64,000 bases of DNA from Lepidodermella squamata (GCA_047495785.1 JBLDXI010000015.1:4216001-4280000); one strand, 5' to 3'. Numbered from the stretch's first letter, positions 25,234 to 38,866 are shown. Made by a program: numbers and translations. Notes: generated by a model not told the origin, from the sequence alone.

Positions 25234-26881
25234 ATGAGTCATGAGCCTGGCCTTAACATAGAGGCAGTGGCGGTGGGCATTCCCGCTGGGAATGCTGCTA
25301 ACCCCGGTGCTACCGCGGCCGGCTCATTTGTTGCAAACGAGCCGTCGATCGCCGATCCTCGCTTAAAAAATGGCGGAGTTTTACTTCCTGTGCCTGAGAA
25401 CAGCGGCGGCCTAGTCGAAGGCCCTCCACCAAGTTGTTCTCGGAAGTTGCGCAAGTACTCTTTCGCCATACTGGTCAACAAATACATTTTGTACGCGGTG
25501 AATTGCCTGATATGGGTAAGAATCATTAACTGATCATCTCGCTATTTTTACAAATATGTTTTGAATTCAGCTTGGGGGTCTGTTACTGGTGCTTTTTGGC
25601 GTGTGGGCGCGAATCGAGGATTCTTCCGTAGGTTATCTGCAGTTATTGCCGTTCGACCCAGTTGCGCTTTTAATAGCGCTGGGTTCGCTTTCGGTGATCA
25701 TATCGTTTTTCGGCTGCCTGGGCTCCATTCGCGAAAACGTGTTTCTGCTGAAAATTTTCTGCGGTGCAATTGGCTGTTTATTCATCGCTGAACTCGCGTC
25801 TTGCATTGTCGGTTTCGTATCTGTCAACAGCATTAAAGACGCCGTGATTGCCAAATTCTACACTTCCATGGACTCGTATGAAGATGATGACCAAATTCAA
25901 GGCCTAGTCGATCGTATTCAGAAAGACTATCAATGCTGCGGGGCGGTCGGACCTCAAGACTGGGATCGGAGTGCTTACTACAACTGCTCGTCTAATTTTA
26001 ACACGGTCAACTCCGGTGCTTTGCAGCAGCAGCAACAACGACCTAGTTTTCTAGTTGGTCTGACATACGCTAATATCTTGCCGTCAGCCTGCGGAGTGCC
26101 AGCCTCGTGCTGCCGCTCATCGCCCATGCCGGTGCAACTTGTTTCCGGGCAACTGTCGCCCGGTTCTCAGCAGAAGATGAGCGGCAGTTCGAGTGGCAAT
26201 CCGATCGCGTCTTTTCCCGGGTCTCCGATCAATGACCAATGCGGCTTTGGCATTCGTCGGCTGCAGACTTCCGAACAATCGGCGGAAATTTTCATTGCCG
26301 GCTGCGCTGATCATATGACCGAATCTCTATCTCAAAATCTACTCTACGTCGCAGTCGTTGCTCTTGCGATCTCCTGTTTTGAGGTATAGTTTCATGAAAT
26401 ACAATTGAAAAGAGATTTTTATGATAATTTCTAATAGCTTATATCAATTTTGTTGGCTTTCATGCTGATTCGCCGAGTCACAACAGTTGTCGAGTACATG
26501 ACCTATATCAACTCGGGTCGGTTTATCGAGGTCGATCCGAGCCGACTGCCGCATCGCCATCACCGAAATCACGGCCGCCGGCATCAGAATCACAGCAGTA
26601 GTAACAACAACAACAACCATCGGAGCCATTCGCAGTCACGATCGAGCAGTAGTCAGCACAACACGCATCATCCGCTTAATGTGCCGCTGCAAGTCGTTGT
26701 CGCGAGCGAACCAGCAATCAGTAGCAGCAACTCGCAGTCGTCGACTAATGGCGGCGGTGGGTTACTTGCGGTTAGTCGTGGCGCGCCTCGAAGTCGCAGC
26801 AATGAGGCGTCCCGCGAACGCCGGTCCTCAAACGCTGCTCCTCTTCCTCCGGTTGAAAATTTGCATGACATCCATATTTAG
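25234..26881 (+). CDS. Tetraspanin, TspanC8 subfamily (Tspan5/14/17/33-like), 3 exons
   Basis: FFGCLGSIREN, and eight EC2 cysteines in CCG, DWDRSAYYNC, CGVPASCC, QCGFG and GC. Introns near 25516-25570 and 26384-26437. Confidence 0.87.
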
Positions 26882-28916
26882 CTTTGTGTGATAGAAAATG
26901 AAGAGACGTAACGATCATTTTCGACTTCGGAAAAATTAAGGCGGATTTTTTAAGTATTGTTATTTTCTTCATGGATAACACAATTACTTCGGTTGTAGCC
27001 ATATGCATAGGCGTTGTTTACTATGAACGGTTGTTTAATCTCTATCGTTTGTTCAACTGCATCTCTCTTTCCGGAATCTCTGCAACATGCACGTTGAAAA
27101 TGCGGTGACTATAAATTGCGATGAATACACTAATTTTTAATTCGAGTTTCGAGACAATAAGGATTTTACTTCTGCAGAGTTTTCTGTTCTCTCTCTCTTT
27201 CATTTTGTTTATAAAATCTGATTTTTTTCCACTCGTGTTTCTTTTATTTACGGATAAATGTTGTTGTGTTTTCTCTTCGCAATGGTTTTCATCGGTCTCT
27301 GGCCCACTTCACGTCCACAAGAAATACCTCTTCCTATGATTTTCTACGACAGTTGCTGATATATAACAACGTGTTTTAAATTGGATTAATTGAAGAAAAT
27401 TGTATATTGTAACAAAACTGATCATTCTCGTGCCGTGTTGTTTGCTTTGTTTTCTACGGTTGTTTGTCGAGTGCACAGCAAGCAGTCAGCAATACCTATA
27501 TAGATTATAAATGTTTTATATTATTATTATTATTGCGATGATCGATTGTTTTGTTTCGCGCTGACTCGAGCCGCTATTCCTGCTTCTATGTTTTGCCACT
27601 TGGCCGTATTTCCGGCACAGTCGCCGCTGTTGTCGTTGTTGTTGACGTTGCTGCTACGCCGCCGCATCACCTACCTGGATCTGGATGGCTTTGCCGCGGC
27701 GTAGCGCAGCGCAGATATTATACGAAATGAGCGCGGAAAAATTGAAGTTCTAATAAAAAATTGCTGAAAGTCAACCTGTTCGTTTTGCACCAACAGTTGC
27801 CGAGGTCAAACACCTCGGATTTTTTCATGCATTTATATTGCTACACCCAGTATGCGGAGAGTTGACACAGCTGCCGTCAAACATATGTAGGCGATAATAC
27901 GAAAATGTCACGTTTGCGCAAGAAAAAACGCAAGAGAAAATATTACAAAAATCATCGTAGTAATAAAGCCAGCCAGCTGCGTCTCCGACCGAGCTGAAAT
28001 GGCTTTTCTGTTTTTCTGCGAGCTGCTCGGCAGTGAGTAGAATCAGTATTATCGTGTTGCCCGGCGAGAAATGAGACGGCGGTGCATTCCTTTGAAAAAT
28101 ACACAACTTGGCCGCGGCTACTGTGCGGTCGCACCTGTGCGCGGCGATGAGCCGCATTCAGCAGCTTATCAAGAAATGAACTTGATTAAGACTAAAGGGC
28201 TTGAGAATTTTGCATAAATCTATATTATTATTGACGGATTCAGGATACTATATTGAGCCGACGGCGATGCAGCGAAGATTATTGACGAGACAAATGACTT
28301 GATTTCGAGTTGGTTTAAAGAGCGGCAATTTATCATAAACTTCATTAGGATGTGAATCGGTACACTTGGTACGTATTGTATGCATAGATATCAGATTGCC
28401 TTGAGCTCGAAGACGAAACATATTATTACAAGTCTCCCTTAATAAAAAAAAATTCGAACTAAATTTTCCGAATTTTGCCTGAGTTCTCCAATTAATTCCT
28501 CTCTGGTTAATCTGATCTCTGTGATTTCGTGAAAAAATAATATGATTAATTCGATTGATAAGAGACAGGACGAGATCGTACCTTTGATAGGGCAGATAGC
28601 AGATAGGTTCATGATAGGAGCCGCTATTACGTATCTTACGTAAATGCCGGTGCGGTTTTGACCCGCAAACGCCCGCAATTACACAACGACTGTGATAAGA
28701 TAAAATTTGGTTTGTAAATTATGCACATATACCATGAACAGTTATGCCCTGATTCGGCAGGTATATTTCAATGCATGAGAATTGTCGAGTTTGTTTAGGA
28801 AAAACCAGATCCTCATCTTCCATCTCCCGGACCAATTTAATTAGAATATTTTTGGCCTACTAAAATTTGTATCCTCGGCTTGACGCTGTATTTTTTTCTC
28901 AGGGTATATAGTAACG

Positions 28917-30198
28917 ATGACACCAGGGGCGGAAAGCGAACCGACTGAGTGGCACCTGAGTGAGGATGAGTTGATAGCAATCCTCGAAAAGGAGTTCGTT
29001 ACTTCGATCTTTATTTTGATCCAGCTTGATTTTTATTTTATTTTTATCAAGATTCGGTGTAAGGGCAGAAAGGTTGAAGCAATTGACAGGTTACTACGAC
29101 TTGAACTACTACGTCAAGGAAAAGGCTGCTCAAGGTCAAGGGCGCGAATTTATATTCAAGATTTACCACCATGAACACAAAACGGTCGAAGAGCTGAAGG
29201 GAGAAAATGACATGCTGAATTTTCTTCGCGAGCGAGGTTTTCCCGTTCCTGAGTTGACAAAAACCGTCAACGGCGAATACTTCCATACAAGAGGTTTTTA
29301 CAGTGGTGAACAATGGGGATTTTTCTTATTGTTTCGTTATAGATAAGAAGGACGGAAGCCCTGCACGATTAATTAGGCTTCAAAACTATTTCCGGGGGCA
29401 AATCATGGGAACCGCCACGATAAGTCCCCAACTTTGTGGCAAGCTGGGCGACATAATGGGACGAATGGATAAGGCCCTCGTCGAATTTGGAAACCACCCT
29501 TTGATTCCAAGTGCCAATGATAAGGCTGGAACCGAATGGAACTTGGAAACATTGGATACCTTGCGGCCCATGTTATGGTGCTTAGATGATGATGAGAAGC
29601 AGGCACTTGTCAAACGAGCAATTGATCACGCCGAAAGTTCGATCCAACCTGTTCTGGGGTTGCTACCTAGCCGTAAGAGAGATTCTTTGCCCTCAGGCAT
29701 CATCATATATTGATCAATTTTCAGAGGTTATTCACGGTGATATCAATGAGCAAAATGTGATTGTGACAGACGATGGCGCTGATGTAGTGGGCATCATTGA
29801 TTTTGGAGACGCTGTCAATACGAAGCGAATTTTCGAGCCTGCGGTTGCTATGGTATATTGGCTCCTGTTCGGTTCCGAACCTCTGCAGTGTGTGAAAGCT
29901 TTTTTCGAAGCCTACCAAAACCACGTAAAACTCACGAAAGAAGAAAAGTCCATCCTCTTGGTAAGGATAAGATTTTCTAAATCGGAAAGCTGTTAAAATG
30001 CTGTTATTTTTTTAGCCATGTATGATAGGCAGGTTTGCCCAGTCGCTGACAGTAGGAAACCACACAGCTCAGGCACTGATCAAAGAGGGAAAGCCCACCG
30101 ATTACGTCTTAATGACTTCGAAACGAGGTTTCGCAGTGTTGGAGCAGCTGTTTGGTTCCCTTGGTCGGGATCTGGCGGCGATTTTCGAGGCAAATTAA
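28917..30198 (+). CDS. HYKK: Hydroxylysine kinase / aminoglycoside phosphotransferase-family protein, about 5 exons
   Basis: KQLTGYYDLNY, FIFKI, IHGDINEQNV, GIIDFGD, RFAQSL. Confidence 0.8.
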
Positions 30199-30365
30199 CA
30201 GCAATCAATAGGCTTTTATTTAAATAGCTCTCTTATTTATTTCGTTCAACATTGAAATTGACAATAATTATATAGAGAACACCGAAGATTTTAAAAATGA
30301 ATGACTCTTCCTTCAAGAAAAATGAAAATAAATTAATCTGAAATTGACAGCCTTTTGCATTTATA

Positions 30366-32565
30366 TTATATATGGAATAAATTAGCAATAAGCGCGAAAA
30401 TAGTCACCAGATGATGCGGTTTAGATGTCAATAATAACGATAATGAAGACGATGTTTGTTTCACCAAGGCCATTGGAATCCCTCGCGGAGGCGCCCATCC
30501 TCCGCATTTCGGAAAGTCAGGCGGAAGGTCGGCTGGTGGCGATTGAGATCCGACTCGCATTACCAGTGTCATTCCCCAGTCCTAAAAATTATCCATAAAT
30601 TGGAAACTGAATTCAGCTATGATGGGTTCTTACCATATGAAAATCGATGTGGCAATGAAGTAACCAAGCACCTGGGTTATCTGCTCTAAAGCGAAGTACG
30701 ACGTAGCCACCCGATGGCACAGTAACAGTGTCTTTTTGCAGGGCATTTTTAAATTTCGGCCGATAAGTCTCTTCGCTGATGGTTGACAGCACTTCTGCCG
30801 CTGTTAGATTTGGATGCAACTGGTCCTATATTTTATGCAATTAAAAAAAGAAATTCCAAGAGTTTTACTCATACCATTCCAACAACTCGGAACGTGTATC
30901 CGTGCAAATGAGTAGGATGATTCGCGGTAGTAAAAATGCGACCGGTATCAACAAGAATGAGTTCGACTAGATCATTCAGCGCTACTTCCAGCTGATGAAT
31001 ACACGGGCAATGATCCTCCTTAGGGCATCGCCGATTTTCTGAATTACAAAACAGTTCCTTAGGAATGCTGCTCGACTGTGTGAGCAGGGGCACCGGAGGC
31101 TCTTTGAACGATAGGTCATTAAGCCGTGGAGTAAAAATTTTGACGCTGCCACCGGTGCGATAACTGTAAAACGGCTGTAGCCTGTCGTTGCTGGTAACAT
31201 TATGAAAGTCCTGGAAATTATTTTAATAATTTTCGCTAAATTCTAGTAAAAAATTCTAACCATTTCGATAGCGAATCGTTTATCAGGTTTACCGGATAAG
31301 GTCGGATCGTCGTGTAGGGCGTCGAGCAGTACGACGTTCATATTACCTTTCTTCAGCTGATCAGCTTGGCTCCAATCTGTCTTCTGATTTAACGCATTCG
31401 TTAGATTGGCTATCGATACATCGCCCTTGCTATTTGTCGCTTCAGCCTCCGTTCGAACCAGTGGATTTTGTTTGTTCAAATACGTGATTTTCGCCATTCC
31501 TACCGCGTTGTTATTCCTGCAATCCGCCTCGCCAATCGCGTGGAGCCAATAAACGCCGTCAGGGCTGGTGTAATCCCCAGTTCTATACGGGACAAAGTCG
31601 TAGCGCTCGGCAGGCATGATGAGCAACTCCCGCGTGACTTGCGGCTTAATCGGCATGCCATCGGTAGCTACCACCACCAAATTGTGGCCGTCGATAGATA
31701 TCTTAATCGGGCATAGCAAATACGCGTTACTTATCGCCCGGAATCGGTACCGAAATTTCGGGTCCAGTTTATATTCGTACGCAAAAGCCGGTGTCGGAAA
31801 AGCTAGCTGCTGAATGGCGTCGCCTAATCTCGGTATAAAAGTGTAGTTGGGCGAGGGTTGCCACATGCCGTTGACTAGAATCTGCTCAGGTTTGTTACTA
31901 GCATCCCCGAAATGATGAGTGCAAAACCGAAATTCAGCTGTTTCGTTTGGAAACCAGTCTTGAACAATCAACGCGGGCAATTCATCGCGGTCATATAAGG
32001 CTAAGTGAGGGTCATCAGGGTCGCGGATGATCAACGGCCCGTGCAGGCCGTCAGCTCTTTGCAGCCCTGCATGCGAGTGCCAGAAATACGTCCCCGCAGC
32101 ATCTGCCTCGAATTCATAGGTAAAGCTGGTTCCGGGTATTATCGGGCATTGCGTAATCATCGGGATGCCATCCATCCACGGTGTTTTAAGCTGGCGAAGT
32201 CCGTGCCAGTGGATGGCTGTACTTTGCCCGAGATGGTTTTCAATTGTCACTCTGATGCGGTCGTGCTTGCATACCTCGATGGATGGCCCGGGGAATAAGC
32301 TGTTAGTCGTGATAACAGGGCGTTGGCTTCCACTGCCTGTGAGGCATTTCGGCCGGAAACAGTCCTCGGGAACTAGTGGGCACCTGCCGCAGGCTCTCGA
32401 CATTGTAGCATACCACTCGGGTTTGAAGTGATACTCGCATAGTTTCGGCACGTTATCACAGCGCCGGCGGCATGGGTGGTCGTCGGAGAAATTTTCGCCG
32501 TAAACGGTAAATAAAAGTGATGTAATTGATATGAAGATTCTCAATATTAATCGAGTATTAAACAT
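30366..32565 (-). CDS. Laccase / multicopper oxidase B, 4 exons
   Basis: HWHG, FWHSH, HPTHLHG and [13 protein letters not shown]-terminal CRRRC...C Cys-rich domain and hydrophobic C-terminus. Confidence 0.92.
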
Positions 32566-33205
32566 TTCCGCCCTTCTAGGAACCTACATTATTACGGAAA
32601 AGAATTGCAATCGAAAGAGATTCGCTGCTAAGAGTCACGCTGCGGTTGAAATAAATAGGCTGGAACAGCTTTACAAGTGACAATGCTACATGACCGAGTG
32701 TAAACAATGCCTGGCCTCTCAGAATGCAAAAAATGTAAGTAGTGCTCTTATACCGCAACGGCGGTGAAATTTGGACATTGGACAATCAGTCTAACTAATT
32801 ATTGCGTTCAACTACAAAGATTAGAAAATTCATGCTGCAACCATCTGATATTCTGGAAGATCAGCTTTCCAGCGGTGCATAATATACAGCATTTGGAAAC
32901 GAACCTAATTTTTGAACAAATTAAATAAGCTTAAAAAGTCCCTTAAAAGCTCATTTTTGAGCGTCTTGAACTGTCGCCGGGTGAAAAAAAGAAACGTTAC
33001 TCACCAAGAATTCGGTACAGGTGAGTTCAAAGTTTACCTATGTTATGTTATGGTGCAAATGCGATAATTGAGTTGAGATACATAAATTAAATACGTAGTA
33101 AACTAGCGGGAAAATTGTAAGCGATTTTAGATGACGACATCAGATTCTTATCTGGCACCATTTGTAAAATTTCAATTTTATGAAAAATTATATTGTCCGT
33201 TGTTT

Positions 33206-33266
33206 GTCCGAGAGCAACGTAGATAATGTTGGATGGTCCGAGGGCAACGTAATGCTGGATGGAAGA
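33206..33266. repeat. Two-copy tandem repeat of about 30 bp
   Basis: gtccgagagcaacgtagataatgttggatg followed by gtccgagggcaacgtaatgctggatg. Confidence 0.6.
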
Positions 33267-33436
33267 TAAATAATAAATCTTCAAAACAGCCAATAAATGC
33301 CTGGATATGCCTAAAAAAGTTGATAATTTTATGGACCCTACGCAGCTTCCCGGGTCAGGTCGAGAAGTGATATAAATGCGCTAATCCTCAGAGCGCAATG
33401 TGGAAATTCCCAAATTTTTCACAACTATTGGGCCAT

Positions 33437-33640
33437 GGGAAAATCTTACGCCGGTACCAACTTTCATTTAATTCAATACCTAACCATTTTATTTGTTTTT
33501 TAACTGATTAGGGTTAGGGTTAGGGTTAGGTTAGGGTTGAAGACTGGGTCTTCAAATTGGGGATTTGGAATAATTTGGTACGGAATTCAATGATGTTTGG
33601 TACTGAATTCAATAATTTGGTAATGATTTCACTATATCCC
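33437..33640. mobile_element. 204-bp non-autonomous element (Mutator-like MITE) with a 9-bp TSD and internal TTAGGG repeats
   Basis: TTGGGCCAT at 33428-33436 and 33641-33649; ends GGGA...TCCC; degenerate inverted arms built from GTACCAA..CATT.AATTC units; about five TTAGGG units at 33508-33538. Confidence 0.7.
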
Positions 33641-33808
33641 TTGGGCCATGACATTTTTTCCAATTTTCATAATATTCAATGCTGATTTTCTGGACCCAAC
33701 AAATTTTGGTTTATCTAAAATAAGAGCTTTTGAGAATAAGAATAACTATTAATCGCGCGAATAATAATAATAATAATATAATCCCTCTCAAGCTTTTAGT
33801 GTGAAATA

Positions 33809-34797
33809 CCGTATTTCTCGAAAATATACGACACACCTGTATATATCCCCGCTCCCTAATACAACCCGACGAAAAAATCGTTTGTTCATATTTAACCCAG
33901 GCCTCGAAATTGTACCACAGCTATTTTAATTTGGGCGAAGCATGCGTTGGAACAAAAGAAAAGCCTTATTAATGACGCATTATCGTAATCAGTGATTAGC
34001 TATCGCGTAAGCCTCACTGGTCTCTACTTGGACAAAGTGGTCGGGCGAGATGTCTTCGGAAATCGGCGTCTCATGGTTTGGGATTCGTTCAGAAGTCACA
34101 TCAGCGAGGCTACCAAGAAGAAGTGCGCTGGCATGAAGCTCGACCTCGCCATCGTTCCAGGCGGCTGTACGAAATTTGTCCAACCAGCTGACCTCTGCTG
34201 GAACCAGCCTTTCAAAGCTCACATGCGACAACTCTACACGGACTGGCTTTCAAGTCCAGCTGCACAGGACGTGACCAAAGGCGGCAACCCGAAAGCGCCT
34301 CCTCTCCCGCTCATCTGCGAGTGGATTCTGGCTTCTTGGGATGCTCTGCCCACCAGTCTTGTCCGTCGGTCGTTTTACTTCTGCGGAATCGCCAACGCAC
34401 TCGATGGTTCCGAGGATGATCAGATCTCGTGCTTCAAGGATGGAAAGCCGTGCGCTGCTGGCCGAGAGCTACTGGCTTCGAAGATGGCATCAAACGACAC
34501 GTTCGATCAAGTCATCAGCCTGGATGATTTCAACGATGACGAAAGTGAACCTGACTTTTTTTTTATTGATAATTGATTTTGTTGGTTGATCAAAAAATTG
34601 TTAACTTTTTCACTTTTTCACTGAATCGACAAATAAAACAATCTAAAAACGTCGTCTTAATACGAATTGCTCGCGGCTTTTTGTGATGATTCGCAATTAA
34701 ACAGCACACCCGTATATATCCCCACTCCCTAATACAACCCGAATCAAAAATCATTTGTTCATAAATATAGCCCGCGGTAAATTTTCGAGAAATACGG
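33809..34797 (+). mobile_element. Internally deleted pogo-family (DD35D) DNA transposon
   Basis: 17-bp TIRs CCGTATTTCTCGAAAAT / ATTTTCGAGAAATACGG flanked by TA. ORF 33992-34576 has VWDSFRSH...QPAD with 35 residues between the two Asp. A subterminal direct repeat of about 60 bp lies near both ends. Confidence 0.92.
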
Positions 34798-35353
34798 TAT
34801 TTAGGTGAAGCCTTCGGAAAATTAACTGGGCGCCATAAAACAAAAAATGAAAAAATCTCAATCTATTTGCTTTCTAACAGGAATAACAGCTATACATAAA
34901 ACAGGCAGAGGTAAGTATAAGCAGAACCGCAACATGAAAAAAAGCTTGACAAAAAATTACTATTACCAAGCCTAACATTCGTGTCATGAAAAAATCCTCG
35001 CTGACAACGTATCACTTGTGATCGACCTACATTTGTGCGCAGAGTGGTTACCTGTTTGTTAGAAAAATCATTGCACCGACAGGGGATAACGCCGCGAAAA
35101 TGCACTAGAATAACTTCTGGCCCGATTAACAGCGACAAGTTCTAGTAATTTTTGAAACGCCCAGGAGAGATTTGTTACTTGGTTTTTTTTATTACCGTCG
35201 GTTGCGGTTCATTGGTTATCAACACGGCATAAAATTTGCACAACACAGTTTTAGCACCTGAAGCTACAATAAAGAATCTAAAAAGTCTGCTGCGAAGAAC
35301 TGGAAGACTCGGAAAAATGTGAATTCAGAGATTCTAACCACCTCGCGTGTAAT

Positions 35354-38300
35354 TCATCGATGGCTGTTAGTGTCCGATCCTAAATGCGTAATCAGGGTAT
35401 AATTCATTTTCGGCAATTTTTTTTCTACTACCTCATTTTTCGCTTCGTCTTTTTTGCTTACTTCCCGGCTTTTCGACGCACGTCGAAGCAATTCTCGCCA
35501 CAGCAACTGCGCTTCGTTTGTCTGTGAGAACATTTGCATATATAAAAAAATAGTCATAAAATAGCGGCCTCACCTTCATTACCATATCCGCATTTAGGCC
35601 AACGTGGAGAGGTAGGTTAAACTCGGTATCATTCGCTACGTAATGCGAGGCTGATACGAGTTCAACATTAGGCAAAAGGCGAGAAAATGTTGTAGCAAAC
35701 GCGCGAGTCATTGCCGCATCATCATCTGACACTAGTTCAAATTGCTAATCAAATAATTCGACTTTCGTACGAGATATAACTTACAAACAACAGAAAAAGA
35801 TGGCTTCGACTTCGCCTCTTGCTTATTTTTCATCTGATTGATCGCATTCGCGACCAAAGTCATGGCAGAGCGCGCTGAATAAACACAGTCCAAGGCGTTG
35901 CTGATGTTAGATTGAGCAAGTTCCCAAGACGGTGGGTTGTTATCCGCCGGTTTCTCGATCGATATTTCGAGTAAGCTTGAAACCGGCGCCAGACCGACTG
36001 ATTTTCGAACAACTGAACTTAGCTCTTCGGTTAGGAATGGCATGAATGGGTGTAAATAGTCGAACGCATCTTTCAGCGCCGTGTACAAAATGTTGAAAAC
36101 AACTCGACTCCTAGCGTCATCATCGCCCTTCAAATCCGCCTTAACATATTCCTGAAATCGCAAAATTATGGAGAATTGAAAACAAATTAAGAAAAATTAC
36201 AATATAAGTATCGCATAAATCGTGATGAACAAAATTCCGGACTGCCAGAGCAGCTGAGTGAATTCGAAGTGGCGCCAATTGAATGGGTTTGTTTTTCGTA
36301 CCAGTAGAAGCCATGGAAACCGGTTGAGAACTGAACGCGGCGTGGCATGTTAGTTTCATAGCTTGCAATCTGCCGATCAGCCACGCATCCATCGGATGAC
36401 TTGGTCCATCGCCATCTTCAGGAATCGTGGCTGGGCTGTTTTGGTCGAGTTTGAACTCGGGAGGCGTGTGCATGAGGACGAATCGAACTGCCTGCCACAA
36501 TTTATTGCCGAAACGCCGGCTCGCGGCCAAATGGCCCACATCGATATTTATGTCGGTGGCATGGGTGTCGTAAAGGCAAAGCGCCAGCCTTAAACCATCA
36601 GCGCCACATTCTGGAATGCCCTTAGGGTACAAACGCGTTTGAGCAGACCGCAGATTCGCATCTGCTGCAGCAGTGTACCTTGCTTGAAGAGCCTAAATTG
36701 CAGGAAAAATCCATTAAAAATTCCATTAAATTTAAAATTTTACTTGTAACGTAGCACCTTGAATCGCGTCCAGGGGGTCAATGACGTTGCCAAGTGATTT
36801 CGACATCTTTTTCCCTGTCGCATCGCGAACAATGCCATGAAGCAGGACAGTGTTGAAAGGTAATTGACCTTGATTCGGGGCTAATTCCGAACACATCATG
36901 ACCATTCGCGCGACCCAGAAGAACAGAATATCAGCCCCGGTCTCCATTATTGACAGCGGATAGCGATTCGTGAGTTCTGAATTTTGCCCTGGCCAACCCT
37001 GGGCAGCTAATGGGTACAAACCTGATGAGAACCACGTGTCCAATACGTCTTCATCTTGTTGCAGGGGCGTGTCTGATGCTAGACCAGCTATTTGTCGAGC
37101 TTCGTCGACGGATCGTGCAACAATCCATTTACTGTCTCCTGATGAGTTCGATTCGGTGGTGGCTAAACGATAAGCCGGGATTCGATGGCCCCACCACAGC
37201 TGCCGTGATATGCACCAGTCTTTTATATTAGTCAACCAGTTCAGCCAAACATTTTTGTAAAAATCAGGGACAAATCCAAGCTCTCCACTCTCAGCGGCCT
37301 GTTAAACACATCGATAAATCAGCTTCAATTTGGGTGTTAAATACCTACCTTAATTGCTCGATCAGCTAAGCGGCCTTTGCAAGCCACGAACCACTGATGG
37401 CGAAGTCTAGGCTCGACAACATCGCCTGATCGACTGCAAATCGGTAGAATTTGCTTGTGAGAAGCTATCGATTCAAGTAGGCCCATTTCACCAAGCAGAG
37501 AAATGACCCGTTCCCGAGCAGAATACCGCGATAAACCCTTCAAATTTTCAAAAATAATGAAATTATTTTGTATTACAGGAAATTCAAACCGAGAAATGAT
37601 CGAAACCAGGGCGAATCGCGGCAGAATCGTCAAAAATATCGATAAGACTGTCTTTTGGCATCTTGGCTCGTTCCCAAATTTCGAAATCAAGAGCATCATG
37701 AGCAGGGGTGACTTTGACCACCCCAGTGCCGAAATTGGGGTCGACGCCCTGATCGGCAATTATCGGTAGACGCCGTTGCGGGAAGAATGGGTGATGAGCG
37801 TATGATCCAATGAGGGACGAATACCGATTGTCTGTCGGGTGAACCGCCAATGCGACATCGCCGAGAATTGTTTCAGGTCGAGTTGTCGACACGGTTATAA
37901 AATTCTCTGAAAAAACGAGGTTTGACAGGGAAAATATTCTTAAATTGTATGCAAACTTGGGTTTGATTCAAGAGCATAACGGACTGTGTAAAGTCGCCCA
38001 AAAGCGACTTTTCCAGCTTTGTTGCTGGGAATTGTGAGTTCTGTTGCGCCATCTATCTCTACAGAGTCGACCTAAACATATTATAAAAACTGTAAAAAAT
38101 GCATTAGAATAGAATGGAAATTACCTCAATGTCGGAAACTGTCGACTTCAAATGAGGACACCAGTTGACAAATGATTGTTTCCTATAAATTAAACCGCTT
38201 TTATTAAGCCGGCAAAACGCTTCAGTGACAGCAGTAGAGTATCCCTAGAAAATTGAACTTAGAATTAGCGCTCCGACGTAAATTTAAACTAAACCTCATC

Positions 38301-38866
38301 CATTGTGAAGCGATACCGTTGCCAATCTAATAACGAGCCCATCTTTTCCAGCTGGTTACGAATTTCACTCTCTCGGCTGAAAAAAAACACAATTTAAGAC
38401 ATCGAACTTGTATGCTTAATACTACTGACTTGTTCTTCCAATCCATGACATGAGAAACGAATTTTTCTCGGCCAATATCGAGTCGAGACAAGTTTTGAGT
38501 CTTCGCCACGTGCTTTTCAACAGCGACCTGTGTCGCGATACTCGCATGGTCACATCCCGGGATCCAAACAGCGGAATGTCCTGTTTTACAGTGCCACCTA
38601 ATTAGCGCGTCTTCAATTGCGACAGTCAACGCGTGTCCCAAATGCAAGGAGCCAGTGATATTAGGCGGAGGAAGGCATATCGTGTAAGGCTTCTTATTCT
38701 GAGACGCCAACTTGGTGTTTACATCACTCCATTTAGCACGCTGAGAAGCCAACTCAACAGCTGCAGGCTCGTAGGCCTTTCGAATGATTGCGTCTGTTAG
38801 TAACGAAATTTTATCAACCGTAAATGGTCAAGTTTAAATCGAACCTATATTTCTCAGCTGTCTCAT
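35354..38866 (-). CDS. VARS2: Valine--tRNA ligase (probably the mitochondrial VARS2 type), multi-exon
   Basis: [71 protein letters not shown]. Start [17 protein letters not shown] inferred by splicing. VARS1 versus VARS2 is less certain than the family call. Confidence 0.85.

Noticed and set aside
33508-33538. TTAGGG tract as a chromosome end or fusion site
   Set aside because: Only about five units, enclosed by a TSD-flanked element.
33565-33632. Three repeats of about 21 bp resembling a mini CRISPR array
   Set aside because: No unique spacers, eukaryotic context, and explained as MITE subterminal repeats.
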